NCBI GenBank assembly: GCA_021647905.1
Contig: JAKITW010000002.1
Location: 6,210 to 70,209 of the forward strand
Direction of reading: 5' to 3'
Length of the DNA stretch: 64,000 bases
Origin: Desulfobacterales bacterium
GTDB taxonomy: Bacteria > Desulfobacterota > Desulfobulbia > Desulfobulbales > BM004
In this document: positions 44,987 to 52,847 of the stretch, piece by piece
How the letters are laid out: the number at the start of each line of letters is the position of its first letter
Position numbering within the stretch: the stretch's first letter is position 1
Notes under the pieces: model-generated
Told to the model about the DNA's origin: nothing
Seen by the model: the letters and a program-made list of their open reading frames with translations, nothing else
Databases searched by the model: none
Made by a program: the position numbers and the translations under genes

Positions 44987-46438
44987 ATGGAGGAAAAAAG
45001 GAATGTCAGGTGGGCGTATATTATTTTGGCCGCCCTCATCCTGATCAGTCTGGTGTATTGGGCCGCGGATACATACTATATGTATCTCATTGTCTATATC
45101 TGGTTCGGTGTTGCCTATGGATTAATGCTCCAGTATGGACGTTTCTGTTTTGCCTCGGCGTCAAGGGATCTGTTCGCTGCCGGGGTGCCGCGAATGGCGG
45201 TTGGTATTCTGGTGGCGCTGGTTTTTTTCAGCGTGGTCCAGGCCATTCTGGAATCGGTCAACATGAGTACCTTTCATCCTGCGCCGTTCGGTATCCATAT
45301 GCTGATCTCGGGATGCGTCTTCGGGGTCGGGATGGTTTTTGCCGGCGGTTGCGCCTCTGGCTCGCTGTATAAGATCGGTGAGGGCAATATGACCTCGCTG
45401 CTGGCGGTTATTTTCGGCCTTGCTATCGGCCAGGCCATCTTCGTCGATGTCGGCGGCATATTCAACAACCTGATGCCCCAGTCCTGGGTAGACCAGGCCG
45501 CGCAGACAGCAGCGGCCATCAAGGCCGGTTCCGGGATTGAAATCCCGGTTAATTCCTGGTTTGATTACTACCTGGTCGGCTATGTCTGGCATCAGCCGCA
45601 GTTTACCATTGCCAAGCTCATTTCCGGCGGGCATCCTACCGCCATTCATTATTTTATTGGCAATTCACTGATAAATTCAATTATTCCGGCAATAATCCTG
45701 GTTTGCATCATCTATTATGTTTATCCTCGCAAGGTGTTCCTCAAGAGAAGGAAGAAGGCCCTGAAGAAAGAGGGTAAGGAACCGGTAACCGGTTTTAAGG
45801 ATGAACTGGCTGGCATCTGGGCCATGATTATCGCCTCGAAACGGACCAGTCTGATGGGTATTCTGGTCGGTATTACCGCCGGCCTGCACATCCTGACCAT
45901 GGCCGGTATGCAGCATAAATTCGGGATCAAAAACTTCGGCACCCTGCTCACCCGGATGGGATATTTTTCCGATGTTTCGCTCAAGGGCACGGTCTTTGAT
46001 CCCGGCTACTGGTATATCACCAGCCAGGAGGGTCAGGTCGGCGCCTGGATTCTGGAGAAGTTCGGCTGGAACATGCATGACAACATGTTTTTCGGTTATG
46101 TAAACGGCCTGCCGGAGCTGTGGCGCAACCCGGCCCTGTGGATGTCGATTGGGATTGTCTTCGGCGCCATGATCATGGCCCGCCTGAACAACGAGTACAA
46201 GTTCAAGCTGCCCTCGTTTGAGTTGATTGTCTGGGGCCTTACCGGCGGCCTGCTGATGGGGTTTGGTTCGCGGCCCTCTCTGGGCTGCAACATCGGCGGC
46301 TTTTTTATCCGGGCTGCCGGCGGCGACCCGAACGGCTGGGTCTATGGCACCGGCATGGTGACCGGGGCCTTTGTGGGGGTAATAATCTTAAACTGGTGGA
46401 CTGATAGAAGAATGGCGCAACAAATGGCTGATTTTTAA
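44987..46438 (+). CDS. yeeE: YeeE/YedE-family thiosulfate/sulfur-compound transporter
   Basis: Three conserved Cys-containing motifs (GRFCFAS, AGGCASGS, LGCNIGG) in a polytopic protein. GGGAGGGAGT lies upstream of the ATG. Confidence 0.85.
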   Translation: MEEKRNVRWAYIILAALILISLVYWAADTYYMYLIVYIWFGVAYGLMLQYGRFCFASASRDLFAAGVPRMAVGILVALVFFSVVQAILESVNMSTFHPAPFGIHMLISGCVFGVGMVFAGGCASGSLYKIGEGNMTSLLAVIFGLAIGQAIFVDVGGIFNNLMPQSWVDQAAQTAAAIKAGSGIEIPVNSWFDYYLVGYVWHQPQFTIAKLISGGHPTAIHYFIGNSLINSIIPAIILVCIIYYVYPRKVFLKRRKKALKKEGKEPVTGFKDELAGIWAMIIASKRTSLMGILVGITAGLHILTMAGMQHKFGIKNFGTLLTRMGYFSDVSLKGTVFDPGYWYITSQEGQVGAWILEKFGWNMHDNMFFGYVNGLPELWRNPALWMSIGIVFGAMIMARLNNEYKFKLPSFELIVWGLTGGLLMGFGSRPSLGCNIGGFFIRAAGGDPNGWVYGTGMVTGAFVGVIILNWWTDRRMAQQMADF

Positions 46439-46468
46439 AAAACTAATGGATAATATGGAGGAGTAATC

Positions 46469-46726
46469 ATGGCAGCAAAAGTGGACTTTAATAAAATCGA
46501 TGATAGCACATATTCACTCGACGTTTGTGGTTTTGTGTGTCCGCACCCGCAGTTGTACACGAAAAAATCCCTGGAAAAGATTAACGAGGGCGATATCCTG
46601 GAAGTGGTTTTTGACAACCCCTCTTCAAAGGAAACCATCATCCAGATGGTCGAGGCCGGTGGTAATGATATTCTGGAAGAGAAGACCGAGGGCGGCAAGA
46701 TTTATATGAAAATAGAGAAGGGTTAA
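46469..46726 (+). CDS. TusA/SirA-family sulfurtransferase (YeeD-like partner of YeeE)
   Basis: LDVCGFVCPHP (the Cys-Pro motif of the TusA family) in an 85-aa protein encoded 30 nt after yeeE. Confidence 0.85.
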   Translation: MAAKVDFNKIDDSTYSLDVCGFVCPHPQLYTKKSLEKINEGDILEVVFDNPSSKETIIQMVEAGGNDILEEKTEGGKIYMKIEKG

Positions 46727-46790
46727 TCTGGTGAGTGTCAACTGCCAGCCACAACCAGCCAGAGTATTTTTCTGGCGTTAGGGAGGATAT

Positions 46791-47072
46791 ATGAAGACCC
46801 AATTTGTGATAATACTTCTAGTTGTTGTTGGAATTTTAAGTTTCATTATCGGGTACAGCGTTGCACCTACTGATATCGCCACGCTCCGGCACAGCGTGGC
46901 CGGGAAAGCTTCCGCCGGCGGTGGTTATGGCGACAGCGGTGGTTATGGGGCCGACTCCGGCGGCTACGGCGGCGGTTACGGTGCTCCGGCGGGCGGCGGT
47001 TACGGTGCCCCTGATGCCGGTGGCTACGGTGCCCCGGCGGCCGGCGGTTACGGTGGCGGCTACGGTCAGTAG
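46791..47072 (+). CDS. Small membrane-anchored/secreted Gly-Tyr repeat protein (93 aa)
   Basis: AGGGAGGATAT precedes the ATG. N-terminal hydrophobic helix, then GGYG(D/A)SGGYGADSGGYGGGYGAPAGGGYGAPDAGGYGAPAAGGYGGGYGQ. Confidence 0.7.
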   Translation: MKTQFVIILLVVVGILSFIIGYSVAPTDIATLRHSVAGKASAGGGYGDSGGYGADSGGYGGGYGAPAGGGYGAPDAGGYGAPAAGGYGGGYGQ

Positions 47073-47077
47073 ATCTA

Positions 47078-47240
47078 CCGTAACCGCTCACCGGGCACCG
47101 GGTCCGCGTTGTTGTCGGGCTGTCCGTGTGCCAAGGGATAACGAGCTGGTCTCTGCCTCGCATTTCCGGTACCCCGCAAGCGGTTAGCGGGCGGGAGGCA
47201 ACCCGGAGTCCGGCGACTTACCGTGTGAGCGGTTATTATC
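47078..47240. repeat. Composite family C-related element with inverted ends (GTAACCGCTCACCGGG ... CCGTGTGAGCGGTTAT)
   Basis: The terminal arms are mutually complementary. The right part shares ACCCGGAGTCCGGCG with 32546-32560, and the left arm shares GCTCACCGGGCACCG with 33317-33331. Confidence 0.5.
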
Positions 47241-47271
47241 AGCCCCCCTTTTTTGCAAGGAGACGGCGTTT

Positions 47272-47739
47272 ATGAAAAAACTGTTGATAGCGGTTGATGA
47301 TACCAAGAGCACAAAAGAAATTTTCGACAAATATGCAAAAATCTGCAAATGCATGGCACCCGACGAGACCCTGCTGTTATATGTTGAAAAGTTTGAGGGC
47401 CGTTCGTTGATCGACGCGATGCTCGGAGATGCCGAACTCTCCACCTTGAAAGAGGTTCTGGAGGGCACGGAATACAAGGAGGCCCTGGATCAAAAGGCCC
47501 GCACGGTTTTAAGCTATTATAAGGGGGTGCTGGAGCAGGGCGCCTCCGGACTCAACGTGCGGACCCTGGTCAGGGAAGGTCATCCTGCCGACGAGATCCT
47601 GAAAACATCCCAGGAAGAGGATGTGGACATGATCCTGGTCGGTTCGCGGGGCCGGGAGGGCGCTTCCCGCTGGTTGATGGGCAGCGTCAGCCGGGCGGTT
47701 GCCAATACCGCCGACCGGCCGGTGCTGATTGTCAAGTAG
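47272..47739 (+). CDS. Universal stress protein (UspA family)
   Basis: KKLLIAVDD..DMILVGSRGREGASRWLMGSVSRAVANTADRPVLIV, an ATP-binding-type Usp motif. Confidence 0.88.
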   Translation: MKKLLIAVDDTKSTKEIFDKYAKICKCMAPDETLLLYVEKFEGRSLIDAMLGDAELSTLKEVLEGTEYKEALDQKARTVLSYYKGVLEQGASGLNVRTLVREGHPADEILKTSQEEDVDMILVGSRGREGASRWLMGSVSRAVANTADRPVLIVK

Positions 47740-47804
47740 TATCGGATAGATTTGTTATAGCCCTGGTCAGCCGGACCAGGTTGTGCTTTCCGGGTATTAA
47801 GGTT

Positions 47805-47850
47805 AACACCAGAAGATCATCGTTGCAGGTGATCTTCTGGTGTTTTTGTT
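47805..47850 (+). terminator. Rho-independent terminator of the usp gene
   Basis: AACACCAGAAGATCA / TGATCTTCTGGTGTT 15-bp stem followed by TTTGTTT. Confidence 0.8.
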
Positions 47851-48188
47851 TGACAACTCGGGAAAGGGGTCTTCTTCTACCAACGGCCGCTCCATTGAGG
47901 TAAGCGTTCACCAGCACCTCATCTTCGCCCATTTTGGCCTGCTCGAATAGCACCAGTATGCTTCGCAGTCCCAAATGAACGAATCTAAGCCACTGGTGAA
48001 CGCTTACGGGCATGAGATTACCATAAATCCGTACCTCCGGTGAACGGTTACCCATTGAGAAGGGCCGGCTGTTCATAACCAGGCTATCAAACAGGAACTC
48101 GCTTCGCCGCGGCGGCGATTCGGAATCCATAAGCATATCCTGCCGAAGTTGTTTCAATTTCCGCAACCTTACACATAAACTCCTGGTT

Positions 48189-49616
48189 ATGAAATGTGCC
48201 TTGATCATTCCCGCCTGGGTGCCGGAAGAGATTTTTTCCGGCAAGACCGCCGGCTCCCAGATCAACTACTGGCAGCCGCTGGGAACCCTCTATGTGGCCT
48301 CGTCCCTGCAGCGGGCCGGGCATGAGGTGAAGTTCTTTAACGGCGCCTTTATGACCAATGCCCAGATCATTGCCGCGGTGGGTGAGTTTGCCCCGGCGGT
48401 GATCGGCCTCTACTCCACCACCTTTGGCTGGCCCAAGGCCCAAAAAACGGCTCGCGACCTCGGAAAACAGATGCCAGGCTCCTTTATCGTGGTCGGCGGT
48501 CCATATCCCATTGCGGTACAGGAAAAATGTCTGGAGGAGTGCGCTGATATCGACGCGGTGGTCACCGGCGAGGGCGAGTTGACCATGGTGGAGATGCTGG
48601 CCCGGCTCAAGGACCAGCAATCCCTGCAAGGAGTGGAGGGGGTTGTCTATCGCGAGCAGGGGATAATTAAAAAGAATCCGCCCCGTCCCCTGATCATGGA
48701 CCTGGATTCGTTGCCTCCGCCGGCCCGGGAATTGCTCGGCGAGGCCGGCCGCTATATCCCGCCGCCCGCCACTTACAAACGGCGGCCGGTGGCGGTGCTT
48801 ATCACCTCCCGCGGCTGTAACCGGCGCTGCCTTTACTGTTTCCAGATCGACAGAACGAGAAAGAGCGGTATCCGCTATCGTTCGGTGGATAACGTGCTGG
48901 CCGAGATCGAGCTGATCCTCGGCCAGGGTTACAAGGAGATCAAGTTCATCGACGACACCCTGGCCGCTGACTATGATCGGGCCATGGAGATCGCGCGCCG
49001 GATCAAGGAACAGGGTCTTGATTTCACCTGGTTTGCCTCGGCCTGCGTCAACCAGGTGGACAAGCCGCTGCTCCGGGCCTTTAAGGATGCCGGCTGCTGG
49101 GCCGTACTCTTCGGGGCCGAGAGCGGGGTGCAGAAGGATTTGAACACCATCCGCAAGGGGATTACCCCGGCCCAGATCAAGAGGGCGGTGAAGGCGGCAA
49201 AAGAGGTGGGGTTGACTGTCTATACCCCGTTTCTGTTCGGCATCCCGGGCCAGACCTTTGCGGACGGCCTGAAGTCCATCGAGTTTGCCTGCGAGTTGGA
49301 CCCGGATATCGCCAACTTCCACGCCCTGACCCCTTTTCCCGGTACCGATCTCTACGATAATATCGAAAAGTACGGGACCATGTCCGAGGACCTTAGCGAT
49401 TACTCCTACCAGGGTGCGGCCTTTGTTCCCTATTCCATGACCAGGGACGAGATAGCCCAACTGCGGCAGATTGCTTTTAAGAAGTTTTACTCCAGGCCCG
49501 GGTTTCTCCTGCGCCGGTTGTTCAAACTGCGCACCATCCACGACCTCCAGGCCGCGATCCACGGGATCAAGAGCATGTTCTGGCTCTGGATCAGGAGGGG
49601 CGTGTTCAAACGGTAA
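48189..49616 (+). CDS. Cobalamin-binding-domain (class B) radical SAM protein
   Basis: The N-terminal Rossmann-like B12-binding region (..VIGLYSTT..VVGGPY) is followed by SRGCNRRCLYCFQ (CX3CX2C). Confidence 0.88.
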   Translation: MKCALIIPAWVPEEIFSGKTAGSQINYWQPLGTLYVASSLQRAGHEVKFFNGAFMTNAQIIAAVGEFAPAVIGLYSTTFGWPKAQKTARDLGKQMPGSFIVVGGPYPIAVQEKCLEECADIDAVVTGEGELTMVEMLARLKDQQSLQGVEGVVYREQGIIKKNPPRPLIMDLDSLPPPARELLGEAGRYIPPPATYKRRPVAVLITSRGCNRRCLYCFQIDRTRKSGIRYRSVDNVLAEIELILGQGYKEIKFIDDTLAADYDRAMEIARRIKEQGLDFTWFASACVNQVDKPLLRAFKDAGCWAVLFGAESGVQKDLNTIRKGITPAQIKRAVKAAKEVGLTVYTPFLFGIPGQTFADGLKSIEFACELDPDIANFHALTPFPGTDLYDNIEKYGTMSEDLSDYSYQGAAFVPYSMTRDEIAQLRQIAFKKFYSRPGFLLRRLFKLRTIHDLQAAIHGIKSMFWLWIRRGVFKR

Positions 49617-49637
49617 ACGGTTACAAGCACCGCGTCT

Positions 49638-50741
49638 TTACCTGGGGCGGAGTTGGAGGTATTCCTTGAGCAGGGCCGGGTAAAGGCGCGGGTTGAAGAG
49701 GATGTTGGTCATCATGTAGCACTCGTGGGTGCAGTGGCAGCCGCCATCCCTGATCCAGGTCAGCACCTTTTGCGCCTTGTCCGTGGCCAGCACCTGGTTG
49801 ATATCCAGGCCATGGTCGCGGATATTGCCCAGCTCCAGGGAGAACGACTCACAGGGATAGAGTTCGCCGGTTTCGGAAAGCACCAGGTTGAGCCGGCCGG
49901 CATAGCAGTCAATCAACCTCCGGTCCTGTTTGGCGGTCTGGTAGATCAGCCGCCGCTGGAGGATGTCCTGGGCCGCCTTGAGCCGGGCTCCGGCAAAGCG
50001 GTAGATCGAGCCCTGCTCCTCCTTGAGCTTTGTTTCCAGTTTCCTGGTCACGGCCCGGTACTTCTCCAGGTCCAGTGCTTCTAAATCACCTTCCGCCCGC
50101 TCGCCCCGGATCAGGGACACGGTGTGGGTCTTGATCCGTTCCATCCGGCCGACCCGGTCGATGATACCGGCCACCGCATCCTGGTTTTTCGAACAGAACA
50201 CCGAGTTGATTCCCAGGTCGAAGTTGGGATACTCATCCAACAGTTCGCCCAGTGCCTGACAGGTCTCCAGGGTCTTTTGGTAACAACCCCCGACCCCCCG
50301 GATGGAGTCGTGCAGTTCCTGGTCGCCGTCCAGGGAGAGCTTGACCACGATGGTGCTTTTGGGACAGGCGCGGAGCACCTCGGTGACGGTCTTCTTTATT
50401 CGTCCGGTCATGATCCCGTTGGTGGGCAAGAGAATGATCACCGGCTTGTTTTTCTTATAAAAAATTCTGGTGATCTCGACCAGGTCGTTGCGCAGGAAGA
50501 TCTCGCCCCCGGAAAAGGCGAGCCAGAGCAGGTTGGGCAGCGAGGAGGCCAGGTCGTTGATCTCGGCCAGGGAAAGTTCTCTGGCTGCCGGTCCGGTCTC
50601 CGCCCGGGGAGCGTTGTGGTTGATATAGAAACAGAAAGGACAGCGGGCGTTGCAGCGGCGGGTAATGAAAAAGGTGAACTGGATCGGACGACGCTTGGCA
50701 ACGATGGAGCCGACATGACGAAGGGGGGAATAGGCCATCAA
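49638..50741 (-). CDS. Radical SAM protein with a C-terminal Cys-rich (SPASM/twitch-like) region
   Basis: ITRRCNARCPFCFY (CX3CX2C), a GGE motif (FSGGEIF), and C-terminal CYAG..YPCE..GGCHCTHEC. Confidence 0.85.
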   Translation of the reverse strand: MMAYSPLRHVGSIVAKRRPIQFTFFITRRCNARCPFCFYINHNAPRAETGPAARELSLAEINDLASSLPNLLWLAFSGGEIFLRNDLVEITRIFYKKNKPVIILLPTNGIMTGRIKKTVTEVLRACPKSTIVVKLSLDGDQELHDSIRGVGGCYQKTLETCQALGELLDEYPNFDLGINSVFCSKNQDAVAGIIDRVGRMERIKTHTVSLIRGERAEGDLEALDLEKYRAVTRKLETKLKEEQGSIYRFAGARLKAAQDILQRRLIYQTAKQDRRLIDCYAGRLNLVLSETGELYPCESFSLELGNIRDHGLDINQVLATDKAQKVLTWIRDGGCHCTHECYMMTNILFNPRLYPALLKEYLQLRPR

Positions 50742-51727
50742 CTGATTCCCCGGTATGAATAGTGAACGATTCCGGTCAGTCCCCCGATTCCCACCGGAAC
50801 CGGGTAGAGTAGAAAATAGTAGCTGGCGGCCAGGAACAGAAAGCCCGGTCCGCCGGCCCGGTAAAAGGCAATGAGCTGGCCGCGGTTGAGCAGCAGGGTG
50901 GCGGGGATGATCAGCGCCAGGGGAAGGAGCCAGGCCGGTTCTTGGGAGAGGTGGCCGATCAGCAGGAGACAGAAGCTGATAAACCAGGTCAGCACCGCGG
51001 ACTTGAGTTCCTTCGAGGCGGTGCCGGAGTCAACCATCAGGTCGCGGTTGTGGAGCGAATAACGGGTCCAGTAGTGTGCTTTGCGAAAACCGTTTTTGAG
51101 CGAGGCGGTGAGGTTGAGGTTGAAGATGTGGCGGACCAGGATTTTCGGCTCCATCACCAGCCGCACCCCGTTTTTTCTGAGCCGGTGACTGAACTCCACG
51201 TCCTCGATGATCGGCATGAATGTCTCGGGAAACCCGCTGGATTTTTTGAATGTCTCAGATCTGATTACCAGGGCGTGGGAGGCGATATAATCGGGCCGGT
51301 CAGGGGTCTTGGTTTCGGAGTAGTGAATAAAGGCCGACTGGAACCGGCTGAAAAACCCGGGGTCAAATGGGCGCAGGGTGTAGGTGCCGCCGATGGCGGT
51401 ATTGGTGCCGTGGGCGGCAACCGCCCGGGCGGCGCGGGCCAGGGCGTCAGGTTCGAGCAGGCAGTCGGCGTCGATGAAAAAGAGAATCTCCCCCTTGCTG
51501 TTTGCCGCACCGGTGTTCCGGGCAACCGCGGCCCCGGACCGGACCGGCAGCCGGATCAGTGAACAGGGGTGGGCGGCGATGATCTTCCGGGAGCTGTCGG
51601 TGGAGCAATCGTCAACCACCACCACCTCGAAGTTATCATAGTCAGAGGCAAGGGCGGCCCTGAGGCAGTTGCCCAGGGTGGCGGCCCCATTATGGTTGGG
51701 GATGATGATCGAGATGAGAGGGCCCAC
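50738..51727 (-). CDS. Family 2 glycosyltransferase with C-terminal transmembrane helices
   Basis: ISIIIPNHNG..VVVVDDCSTD..FIDAD (GT-A DxD) plus two to three C-terminal hydrophobic helices. 4-nt overlap with the downstream radical SAM gene. Confidence 0.88.
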   Translation of the reverse strand: MGPLISIIIPNHNGAATLGNCLRAALASDYDNFEVVVVDDCSTDSSRKIIAAHPCSLIRLPVRSGAAVARNTGAANSKGEILFFIDADCLLEPDALARAARAVAAHGTNTAIGGTYTLRPFDPGFFSRFQSAFIHYSETKTPDRPDYIASHALVIRSETFKKSSGFPETFMPIIEDVEFSHRLRKNGVRLVMEPKILVRHIFNLNLTASLKNGFRKAHYWTRYSLHNRDLMVDSGTASKELKSAVLTWFISFCLLLIGHLSQEPAWLLPLALIIPATLLLNRGQLIAFYRAGGPGFLFLAASYYFLLYPVPVGIGGLTGIVHYSYRGIS

Positions 51728-51785
51728 AGTCGGTCCGTTTCAGGCGCAATCAATCAGAACCAGAGATAGGTGGATGGGTGAAAAG

Positions 51786-51818
51786 GAAAAAGGGGCCTCA
51801 ATCACGAGGCCCCTTTTA
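51786..51818 (-). terminator. Rho-independent terminator closing the tusA-dsrE-like operon
   Basis: AGGGGCCTC-aatcac-GAGGCCCCT stem-loop. On the minus strand it is followed by TTTTTCCTTTT. Confidence 0.65.
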
Positions 51819-51838
51819 TAAAAACCGCGCCAGTGGTG

Positions 51839-52012
51839 TTACCACCAGCAGATGGTCTTGTCGGCAGCCATGATCTTATCCACCAGGGTATCGTAATCAG
51901 GGGAGTCAACGTTGAGGTCGAAGTTGTCAGCCTCGCGGTCCTGGCAGACAATCTCCACCAGTTTTTTGGTGTCGTCCGTGGGAGCGGAACGGTATACGTT
52001 CAATATCTTCAT
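51839..52012 (-). CDS. Small ORF (57 aa) MKILNVYRSAPTDDTKKLVEIVCQDREADNFDLNVDSPDYDTLVDKIMAADKTICWW; last gene of the sulfur-relay operon
   Basis: AGGAGA lies 8 nt upstream of the ATG. Co-oriented with the DsrE-like genes and followed by a terminator 20 nt after the stop. Below the track size cut-off. The 74-aa plus-strand track ORF here has no SD and runs into a repeat. Confidence 0.55.
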   Translation of the reverse strand: MKILNVYRSAPTDDTKKLVEIVCQDREADNFDLNVDSPDYDTLVDKIMAADKTICWW

Positions 52013-52033
52013 TGCATGGTTCTCCTGCTATTG

Positions 52034-52144
52034 TTTTATATGAAGGCCGGCACGTGAGTGACGGTCTTGCCATGCCGGGGTGACGCCTTTCGTTTTTTTG
52101 TTGTGGCAGCGTCCCAAAAGTTATGGTCCAGCCATGCTGGTTAG
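52034..52144 (+). repeat. Family A repeat (copy A5, alpha subtype)
   Basis: TTTTATATGAAgGcCGG..GGTCTTGCCATGCCGGgGTGACGCCTTTCgTT..GTTGTGGCaGcG..AAAAGTTATGGTCCAGCCATGCTGGTTAG. Its last bases supply the stop codon of the gene at 52141-52446. Confidence 0.85.
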
Positions 52145-52446
52145 TCCTGAACACCGTAGGGAACGATGACATCCATTTCCCGGAGTTTCTGGCCCAGCTC
52201 TTCAATAGTGATGGCGGTGAACCCGTTGTTCTCCACATTGGCCGGTACCGTGGAATAGGCCTCGCCTTCCATATCCCGGATCCATTCCATGTTTTCGGCG
52301 TGGTATTCGCTCAGCGGGGCAAGCTCGGTGTTGAGCACCACGGCGTAGGAGTAATGGTTGGCAACGGCAAGACCCAGGGTGGAGCGGAGGCCGTCAAGGG
52401 TATCATCCTCGTTTTTTGCAAACATGAAGCATACTTTTTTAGACAT
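52141..52446 (-). CDS. DsrE/DsrF/TusC-like family protein (101 aa, no active-site Cys seen)
   Basis: The size and the N-terminal KKVCFMFAKNEDD..LRSTLGLAV pattern resemble the DsrE-fold sulfur-relay subunits. Immediately downstream of a DsrE-like paralog. The family call is tentative. Confidence 0.65.
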   Translation of the reverse strand: MSKKVCFMFAKNEDDTLDGLRSTLGLAVANHYSYAVVLNTELAPLSEYHAENMEWIRDMEGEAYSTVPANVENNGFTAITIEELGQKLREMDVIVPYGVQD

Positions 52447-52455
52447 GGTAACCCC

Positions 52456-52770
52456 CTAGAAACTGATATATTTATCACAATTATCAATAATGGCGCCGTG
52501 CTTGGCCTGGGTGGACATATTTTTATCGGTAAGACCTTCGGGAATGTCGGTCAGCGGATCCCAGCCCATTTTTTTGTAGCTGTCCGCGCAGATGTCCACG
52601 TGGGCCAGCTTGCACAGTTCGGAAAACCGCGGATCCTTGGCCAGCCTGGTGCCCTTCCAGGTAAGGAAGATGGTGACATCCGATCCTTTTGCCTTTGCCG
52701 CCTTGGTTATCCCCAGAATATGATTCATATACCTGTCCGAGGTGACGAAGATGCCTAAACTTTGTGCCAT
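52456..52770 (-). CDS. DsrE/DsrF-like sulfur-relay family protein (104 aa)
   Basis: LGIFVTSD..TIFLTWKG..VDICADSYKKMG..DKYISF resembles the DsrE/TusD-fold pattern with a candidate active Cys. AGGAGGACAAT lies upstream of the ATG. Confidence 0.7.
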   Translation of the reverse strand: MAQSLGIFVTSDRYMNHILGITKAAKAKGSDVTIFLTWKGTRLAKDPRFSELCKLAHVDICADSYKKMGWDPLTDIPEGLTDKNMSTQAKHGAIIDNCDKYISF

Positions 52771-52847
52771 ATTGTCCTCCTATACTTTTGGTGTGTCCCG
52801 CCCATGATAAACTCCAGGCGTACCCCTTGTTTACTTGGTTATCGATT

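Noticed and set aside
46861-47187. Alternative-frame ORFs (46861-47187 plus strand, 46867-47163 minus strand) across the Gly-Tyr repeat gene.
   Set aside because: They are by-products of the repetitive GGC/GGT/TAC DNA. Only the 46791 frame has an SD, an N-terminal hydrophobic helix and a coherent repeat peptide.
47732-48265. A 177-aa minus-strand ORF between usp and the B12 radical SAM gene.
   Set aside because: It overlaps both neighbours and reads through the strong usp terminator hairpin. It has no SD at any internal ATG, its codon usage is atypical, and it has no recognisable motif. It may be a remnant (see findings), but it is not called as a gene.
51927-52238. The 103-aa minus-strand ORF and the 74-aa plus-strand ORF (51833-52057) spanning the region around repeat A5.
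   Set aside because: Both run through the family A repeat and lack ribosome-binding sites. The 57-aa minus-strand ORF (51839-52012), with an SD and a terminator, explains the coding potential better.
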